Shown here piece by piece: positions 58,212 through 64,000 of a stretch of 64,000 nt of DNA. Numbering within the stretch: the stretch's first letter is position 1; each line of letters begins with the position of its first letter. Both the position numbers and the translations under genes were made by a program. This stretch comes from Candidatus Woesearchaeota archaeon (GTDB lineage: Archaea > Nanobdellota > Nanobdellia > SCGC-AAA011-G17 > JAGVXY01): assembly GCA_018303545.1 (NCBI GenBank), contig JAGVXY010000011.1, forward strand, positions 1,466 through 65,465. The letters run 5' to 3'. A model generated the notes under the pieces. It was not told the origin of the DNA. It made no database searches and worked only from the letters and a program-made list of their open reading frames with translations.

Positions 58212-58656
58212 AAGGATCATAAAGCATTCTTCTGTCAAAATAACCTTGTGCGTTGTCAATATCTTCAATTGTAGAATAAAGATAAACCGGGCCCTTGTAG
58301 CAAACTCTATCTGTAAGGCGTAATGGTTTTACATTTACAACTATAGCCATATGGGCTACATTATATTTGAGGTCCTGATAGAATTCATATGTTAGCAAAT
58401 ATCCCACTTTCACAGATTTTATAGAAAAAGGAAATTGTTTCAAATTTTTTAGGTATTCTCTTGCTTTATAGTTGCCAATATTATGGTCTTCTTTTATCAA
58501 TCCTGCTAAAAAAAGCGCAGTGCCAATGCAATTAGCTTTTCTCCTTTCGGGTTTAAGTTCAGAGTATCTAGATTCAATCTGTTCAAGAATGACTTTATCA
58601 TCAAGTCTATTCTTCTTTAGAATTTCCTTCATCTTTCGCTTCTTCGGGCATCTCAT
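58189..58656 (-). CDS. Hypothetical protein (possible Cys/His hydrolase-like)
   Basis: 155 aa. NCIGTALF ... VAHMAIV could form a Cys-His dyad. Weak. Confidence 0.3.
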   Translation of the reverse strand: MRCPKKRKMKEILKKNRLDDKVILEQIESRYSELKPERRKANCIGTALFLAGLIKEDHNIGNYKAREYLKNLKQFPFSIKSVKVGYLLTYEFYQDLKYNVAHMAIVVNVKPLRLTDRVCYKGPVYLYSTIEDIDNAQGYFDRRMLYDPFSLLRFP

Positions 58657-59509
58657 CCAAAACCTGACCTTCTTCCAAATTTTGTCCTTTAGTGATATAA
58701 TTCTTTATATGCTCACCAGTTATCTGCTCGTATTGATTCTGTAACTGACGCTCCAATTCTTCAACCTTATTTTGCCTTTCCTCATTCAGTTTGTTTTCTT
58801 TGTATCTTTTTATTAAATTCCATTTAGAAGTTTCAGAAGGCTTAATCTTCGCTTTGACATTCGCAATTCTTTCCTCAAGATCTTTCTTTTTTAGAAAATC
58901 ATTTTCGCTCAAAAGATGGACATTAATTATTTGTGTCCCGTCTGCAAAGTTCTCAACAGTATTGACTAAAAACTTTCCAGGATATTTCAGTCCTTTTTTG
59001 GCCATATATTTAATTATATCGGCTGTGCTTGCTTCTTTTTTCTTTGAAGCAGCAATCTCCTTTTCCTCATCATTATTTCTTCGAGGATAAAACACATCCC
59101 CTGTCCTATACTTTCCGACAGGATAAGGTATCGCAATTTCATCGCCTGAATTGAAAATATCTCCAATTTGTTTATCTATCTCCTTGACTTTATTTTTCCT
59201 GTCTGCATTGTTCATCTCTTCAACTTGTTTCATAGTATAATTGTCTGCTTTTCCTTGGAAATATTTCAAAGTTCTTGAGAACCAGGATTCAGCCAATAAT
59301 GGCTTGTTAAGTATTTTCTCCTTTTCACCAATTATCTCTTCAAGTCTTGCCTTTCTTTTTTGAAGGTCTTTGATTTTATTTACCGTATCATTGTCCAAAC
59401 CAACCATAGAAACAACATCATAGGTAGTCAATCGATCCTCAATTTTTAATCTGCTTACTGCATTTACATAATAAACCCTAGGTTTTTCAAAAACATTATA
59501 ATTTTTCAT
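58607..59509 (-). CDS. Hypothetical Lys/Glu-rich coiled-coil protein
   Basis: 300 aa. No recognised motif. Confidence 0.35.
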   Translation of the reverse strand: MKNYNVFEKPRVYYVNAVSRLKIEDRLTTYDVVSMVGLDNDTVNKIKDLQKRKARLEEIIGEKEKILNKPLLAESWFSRTLKYFQGKADNYTMKQVEEMNNADRKNKVKEIDKQIGDIFNSGDEIAIPYPVGKYRTGDVFYPRRNNDEEKEIAASKKKEASTADIIKYMAKKGLKYPGKFLVNTVENFADGTQIINVHLLSENDFLKKKDLEERIANVKAKIKPSETSKWNLIKRYKENKLNEERQNKVEELERQLQNQYEQITGEHIKNYITKGQNLEEGQVLDEMPEEAKDEGNSKEE

Positions 59510-59703
59510 TTTAATCGTAATCCTCCAAAATATTACTATTAAAGAGTAACAACTAATATATAAACCTTACGTTATTACCCTATTTCAGAAACAAATTCCT
59601 TTCAAATATATAAATATATCACTAATGATAATAAATATATCCCAAATCATAGAAACCTTTATATTTAAACTAGCCTAAACTAATATTTAAGAGGGAAGAG
59701 GGT

Positions 59704-60333
59704 ATGATAAAGGCGATAAAAGGGTTTCTACAAAAGTTTTCTATCATTTTCAAGAGCAAAAAACAGATTAGATTAGGTCTTTATGGCCCCCCAAATGCCG
59801 GCAAAAGCTCCATAGCCAATAAGATTTGCACAGACTGGCTCGGAGAAGAAATGAGCACTATTTCTGCAATCCCCCATGAAACAAGAGAAATCAAAATCAA
59901 AGAAAAACTTACAATAAAAGCAAACGGCAAAGAATTGTCTTTCAATCTTTATGACACGCCAGGCATCGCAACAAGGATTGATTACGAGGATTTTTTAAAA
60001 CATAAAATGAAGCGCACTGAAGCGAAGAAGCGTGCAAAAGAAGCCACAAAAGGAGTAATAGATGCAATCAAATGGCTCGACAACATGGACTGTGTTCTTG
60101 TAGTCTTAGATTCTACACAAAATCCTTATTCTCAAGTTAATATCACCATCATCGGCAATTTAGCTGCAAGAGACATTCCCGTTCTGATAATCGCCAATAA
60201 AATGGATCTTAAAAAATCAAACATCAAGAAAGTTCAGGCTGCATTCCCTCAGTATCCAGTCGTCGGAGTTTCAGCATTGAAAGGCGATAATATCAATAAA
60301 ATGTACGAGGAGATATTCAAAATAGTAAAATGA
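59704..60333 (+). CDS. Small GTP-binding protein (MMR_HSR1/EngB-like)
   Basis: GLYGPPNAGKSS (G1), DTPG (G3), NKMD (G4). Confidence 0.65.
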   Translation: MIKAIKGFLQKFSIIFKSKKQIRLGLYGPPNAGKSSIANKICTDWLGEEMSTISAIPHETREIKIKEKLTIKANGKELSFNLYDTPGIATRIDYEDFLKHKMKRTEAKKRAKEATKGVIDAIKWLDNMDCVLVVLDSTQNPYSQVNITIIGNLAARDIPVLIIANKMDLKKSNIKKVQAAFPQYPVVGVSALKGDNINKMYEEIFKIVK

Positions 60334-60716
60334 AAACCCTGACCTTAGAATTCATACCATATGGAGAAATAGAAAATCTGTCTTCCGAAGATAGAATAGA
60401 TAAATTATTCAAGCTTGCAAAAGAAGAGAATATCGTTTTATTGCAGGGCAAATTAAAGCCAAATGAAGAAATTATGCTTATACAGAAAACAATGGAAAAT
60501 ATCTCAAGAAAATTTCGGGGTATAGAAATCTGTTCAATTGATGAAGATAAAAAAGAGAGTGCGATGGCTCTCAATAAGATGAAAAAAAGCTTTGTAAACT
60601 TGATTTTGGGCAACAGGAAAGGGTTCACGATTATAGGCCCGGCAAGTGTTATCAGGGAAATTAAAAGAGATCCAAAAAAGATTCAACTTTTAACAAATAT
60701 TAAGAGGAATAAATAA
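60330..60716 (+). CDS. Conserved-hypothetical-like protein co-transcribed with the GTPase
   Basis: Start overlaps the GTPase stop (ATGA). 128 aa. Confidence 0.4.
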   Translation: MKTLTLEFIPYGEIENLSSEDRIDKLFKLAKEENIVLLQGKLKPNEEIMLIQKTMENISRKFRGIEICSIDEDKKESAMALNKMKKSFVNLILGNRKGFTIIGPASVIREIKRDPKKIQLLTNIKRNK

Positions 60717-61108
60717 TGCCCCATAAATGTGTTAAATGCGGTCAATTATTTGATGATGGCTCAGCAGTTATTCTCCAGGGTTGTAGTTCATGCGGTTCTA
60801 AATTTTTCTTTTATGTAAGAAAACAAAACTTAGAGAAGGCTGAAGAGATTATAGAAAATCTTTCCAATGTAGAAAAAGAACAAATTGAATCAGATGTAAA
60901 AGACATTATCGGTCCAAATTTTGATGAAGAACGGCCAGTAGTTTTAGATATTGAAACGGTAAGAATCTTAAAGCCGGGCAAGTATGAAATCGATTTAGTG
61001 GGTGCTTTTTCCGGCAGACCATTAGTCTATCGACTGGAAGAAGGCAAATACTTTATTGATTTAGACAGCGCAATTAAGAAAAAAATCAGCGTAACCGGGA
61101 AAAATTAA
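60716..61108 (+). CDS. Zn-ribbon protein
   Basis: CVKCG...(17)...CSSCGS four-Cys ribbon at the N-terminus. Starts at the stop of the previous gene. Confidence 0.5.
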   Translation: MPHKCVKCGQLFDDGSAVILQGCSSCGSKFFFYVRKQNLEKAEEIIENLSNVEKEQIESDVKDIIGPNFDEERPVVLDIETVRILKPGKYEIDLVGAFSGRPLVYRLEEGKYFIDLDSAIKKKISVTGKN

Positions 61109-61305
61109 GTACGCCCCTATATCGAAAATCAATATATTCTCTTTTATTTATTGACGTAGAAAATCTTATCGGCGTATCTTCTTTTTTGTCTGTTTGCTTT
61201 TCTTCTTTTAAATTTAAAAGCTCTGTTTTTTGCCTTCCGAAGGCAGTTATATATTCTTTCATATTTTAATTGTAACTCAGAAGTGACACTTATATTTAAA
61301 TCTTT

Positions 61306-63171
61306 CTATATTCCAAAAAAAGCGCGGATTTTATCCTGGGGCTGTTTAGTAAAAGTTATTTCAGAATCCTTAGGGAAACATTTTAAATAAGAATCCCATG
61401 CATATCTTTCATCCAAAAATACTACTACCCCCTTGTCAGTTTCTGATCTTATGCATCTTCCTGCATTTTGGAATGTTTTTAAAATAGCCGGATAGGTATA
61501 CCCATAATCCCACCCCCTACCAAATTTTTCATTATAGTAATTAATCAATGCTTGTGTTTTCAAATCAGGAGGGGAAAGCGGAACACCGACTATTACAACA
61601 CACTTCAATAAATCTCCGGGTAAATCAATACCTTCTCCCATACTTCCCGAGCTTGCGGCAAGCAACACTGCACCAGTTCCATTATAACTTTTGAAATTTT
61701 CTAAAATTTCTTCTTTTTCTTCTTTAGTCAAACCCGATCTTTCCATAAACACTGTCTTGGAAGCTAATATGGAAAAATGCTTGTTGACCTCATCTCTTAT
61801 GCTATAGGAGGGGAAGAATATAACAGAGTTTCCAGGCACAGCATCGGTAATCTTTACGCAGTAATTAGCAATCGCGTTGTACATCTGTGCACTTCTCGAA
61901 GTGAATTTTGTAGTTGTATCAGGCACGATTATAGTAACTTTATTTTCTTCAGGAAATGGAGATTCAAACTCATCTGCAAAGCTTCTGTCAAAAGCCAAAA
62001 CATCATCATACATCTCTAAAGGCCTTAGAGTTCCGGACATGGCAATTACAGAATAGGCTTCTTTAGTCATAGGCCCAGTTATTAGTCCAGGATCTAAACA
62101 ATTATAGGAAATAGAAACAAATGGTTTCGATTCTTTTGTGAATCCTTTAGCCAATATTCTTACAAATCCTTCGTCTTCTCCTGGCCAAGCCTCTAAGAAT
62201 TTGGCTATTGCACCAATAGAACTTTTTTTCTTAACTTCTTTTACTCTCCCAGCTACTTCTTCAAATTCATTTATCAGATTTTCAGGATTATCAATAGTTT
62301 TTATCTCTTCAAGAAAATCCTCTTTTTTTAAAAGAGTTTCATTTCTCTGTATTTCTGTATTTTTTATAAGTTTTTCAAGTATTCTCTGTATCTTTTCGAC
62401 ATCTTCCAAAGTTTTCATTGCATTCAATCCCTTAGCTTCAAACAATGCATCCCTTAAAGTAAAAGTAGAAATTGAATTACTCAATAGAGATCTGCATTTC
62501 TCCGGTAAATTATGAGATTCATCGATTATAATTATTGATTCGCTTAATTTTTTGTTCATTTTCAGAAATATTGTTTCACGAATAGAAGGACTTAATACAT
62601 GATAATAGTCGCCAATTATTACAGTCGCCTTCTTCCCCAACTCGCATGCCATTTCAAAGGGACACAATTTAGCAACAGTGCATTTGTCAACCATGTGTTC
62701 AACATGCATTGGATTTTCTTTTTCAAGAAATTCAAGCATCCTTTTGGCCTCAGTCGTTAAATTCTCTTTGGATTTCATATTCTCGCAATATTCACAGTTT
62801 CCCTTCTCTTTCAATGTTTTGCAGTATTCTGCAAATTCATTAGTGCCCATAGTAGAAACCCCGGATTGTGAACACATCCATTTCTTTCCTAATAAATCAA
62901 CAACATGAAAGTTTAGATTATATTTTTCCTTTATTATTTTCAATGTGTCAATGGCAATTTTATGCTGTGTGTGTTTAGGTGTAATAAAGAATATCGTTAA
63001 ATTCTTTTCAATTGCATGTTTTAAGGCAACCGCCAAAGAAGCAGCAGTTTTTCCCAATCCGGTGGGTGCATGAATCAGCAAGTTTCTTTTGCTTTTTATT
63101 GCATTATCAATTTTTTCCATGAGCTTATTTTGCTCTTGCCTAACCTTGTCAAAGGGAAAATAATAATCCAT
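61306..63171 (-). CDS. XPD/Rad3-family (DinG-like) Fe-S DNA helicase
   Basis: IHAPTGLGKT Walker A. Four Cys in the Fe-S insert (CSQ..., CKTLKEKGNCEYC, C...C). DESH-like IIDESHNLP. 621 aa. Confidence 0.75.
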   Translation of the reverse strand: MDYYFPFDKVRQEQNKLMEKIDNAIKSKRNLLIHAPTGLGKTAASLAVALKHAIEKNLTIFFITPKHTQHKIAIDTLKIIKEKYNLNFHVVDLLGKKWMCSQSGVSTMGTNEFAEYCKTLKEKGNCEYCENMKSKENLTTEAKRMLEFLEKENPMHVEHMVDKCTVAKLCPFEMACELGKKATVIIGDYYHVLSPSIRETIFLKMNKKLSESIIIIDESHNLPEKCRSLLSNSISTFTLRDALFEAKGLNAMKTLEDVEKIQRILEKLIKNTEIQRNETLLKKEDFLEEIKTIDNPENLINEFEEVAGRVKEVKKKSSIGAIAKFLEAWPGEDEGFVRILAKGFTKESKPFVSISYNCLDPGLITGPMTKEAYSVIAMSGTLRPLEMYDDVLAFDRSFADEFESPFPEENKVTIIVPDTTTKFTSRSAQMYNAIANYCVKITDAVPGNSVIFFPSYSIRDEVNKHFSILASKTVFMERSGLTKEEKEEILENFKSYNGTGAVLLAASSGSMGEGIDLPGDLLKCVVIVGVPLSPPDLKTQALINYYNEKFGRGWDYGYTYPAILKTFQNAGRCIRSETDKGVVVFLDERYAWDSYLKCFPKDSEITFTKQPQDKIRAFFGI

Positions 63172-63235
63172 GATTAAACTTCTTAAAAGAAGAGAGTATA
63201 TAAACTATTTGTATGCTTGTCAAGTGGATAAGAAA

Positions 63236-63363
63236 TGGGGACGCCGGGATTTGAACCCGGATCCAGCGGTATCTTCATACCGACTTTTTCATCATAGCTT
63301 TTTACAGCTCAGTGCTCCGATATTCTGGAGCCGCTAATAATAGCCTAGTTATACGACGTCCCC
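63236..63363 (-). tRNA. tRNA-Trp(CCA)-like gene with a 54-nt intron at the canonical 37/38 position (intron 63271-63324 on the minus strand). The D-region is 2 nt longer than standard.
   Basis: Reverse complement reads GGGGACG...AGCGG-CTCCAG|intron|A-CCGCT-GGAT-CCGGG-TTCAAAT-CCCGG-CGTCCCC-A. The intron carries ATGATGA (box C) and CTGA (box D) motifs. Confidence 0.55.
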
Positions 63364-63473
63364 AAGCCTACCAACGAATATAATTTAATCCTATATAAAC
63401 CTTATGCTTAAAAATAAGCCACTTGACAAACGCGCACGAAGGTCTTAATAAGAAAGTTAAGGTTTAGAAAATA

Positions 63474-64000
63474 ATGTTTAAGTTACCCTATGAGGTTAGA
63501 ATAGTGTTAAGAAAGTCTATTGATAATTATGTAGTAACGATTAAAAAAGATATTCGCAAAATATTAAAAATTGATTATTCGAGTATCCTGCTTCTAGAAA
63601 TTAATAATCAAAAATTTATTCGGACACTTAATAATGATTATCAAATATCAATTCCTAAAAAGATCACAAATACAAACGAAATAATTTTAAAATTCACTAA
63701 TATTTACAGTAAACAAGAAGCAAAAAGAAGAGAAAGATTTGAAGTGAATAAGAATGAATTAAACATAAGGTCATTTGTTCCTTCATTGACGCAATCACAA
63801 AAAGAAATTTATATCTTGCCTGAAAAAGACGAATCCTATGTTTGGTATTCAATTGGTGGCGGTGCAAAAGAGGTAAAAATCAAAAATTGTTTAAACATTG
63901 AAAAACTCTCTGAATTGGTTGGGTTTTATTTTGGAGACGGGAGTACATCAAATGGGATAAAAAGTTTCAGATTGACCAATTGTGAACCTTCTGTGCTTAT
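63474..64000 (+). CDS. Hypothetical protein, 3'-truncated by the window edge. N-terminal AbrB-like repeats and a LAGLIDADG-like LVGFYFGDGS motif.
   Basis: Own translation from ATG 63474: MFKLPYEVRIVLRKSIDNYVVTIKKDIRKILKI...ELVGFYFGDGSTSNG... Confidence 0.3.
   Translation, partial: MFKLPYEVRIVLRKSIDNYVVTIKKDIRKILKIDYSSILLLEINNQKFIRTLNNDYQISIPKKITNTNEIILKFTNIYSKQEAKRRERFEVNKNELNIRSFVPSLTQSQKEIYILPEKDESYVWYSIGGGAKEVKIKNCLNIEKLSELVGFYFGDGSTSNGIKSFRLTNCEPSVL

Noticed and set aside
1-64000. Looked for CRISPR arrays, rRNA genes and integrase/transposase genes.
   Set aside because: No regularly spaced short direct repeats beyond the coding tandem repeats. No rRNA-like conserved stretches. No ORF with recognisable tyrosine/serine recombinase or DDE motifs. 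The putative insertions (TA cassette, repeat-bounded block) therefore lack a visible mobilisation gene.

Overview
This window looks like a gene-dense, AT-rich (about 30% GC) stretch of an archaeal chromosome. The evidence is an aIF5B/eIF5B–S6e gene pair, a ribosomal L1–L10(P0)–L12(P1) block, gatCAB, RtcB, Elp3, XPD, an e2b2-family protein and a DRG GTPase, plus two intron-containing tRNAs with a canonical 37/38 intron. The low GC, compact overlapping genes and many very large cysteine-rich secreted or membrane-anchored proteins suggest a DPANN-like, possibly host-associated archaeon; this is inference, not a database result.

Housekeeping genes alternate with accessory material:
- A sugar-nucleotide / surface-glycan cluster at 10.9–13.9 kb, including an RHH–nucleotidyltransferase fusion.
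- An accessory segment downstream of tRNA-Leu at 15.4–24.7 kb. It holds a phosphatase–nucleotidyltransferase–P-loop-kinase operon, a peptidase S51 and a degenerate MetRS-like pseudo-synthetase. It also holds a four-gene block (HIT–ADH–TrpD-like–TrpRS-like) bracketed by 88-bp direct repeats whose 3' ends mimic the tRNA-Leu 3' end.
- Two giant paralogous Cys-rich repeat surface proteins at 31.3–36.5 kb.
- A RelE/AbrB toxin–antitoxin cassette apparently inserted into the extreme 3' end of elp3, with a 38-bp duplication.
- A tRNA-Trp whose intron carries box C/D-like motifs.

No CRISPR array or rRNA is present. All product calls rest on motifs I recognised by eye in the translations. No searches were run.
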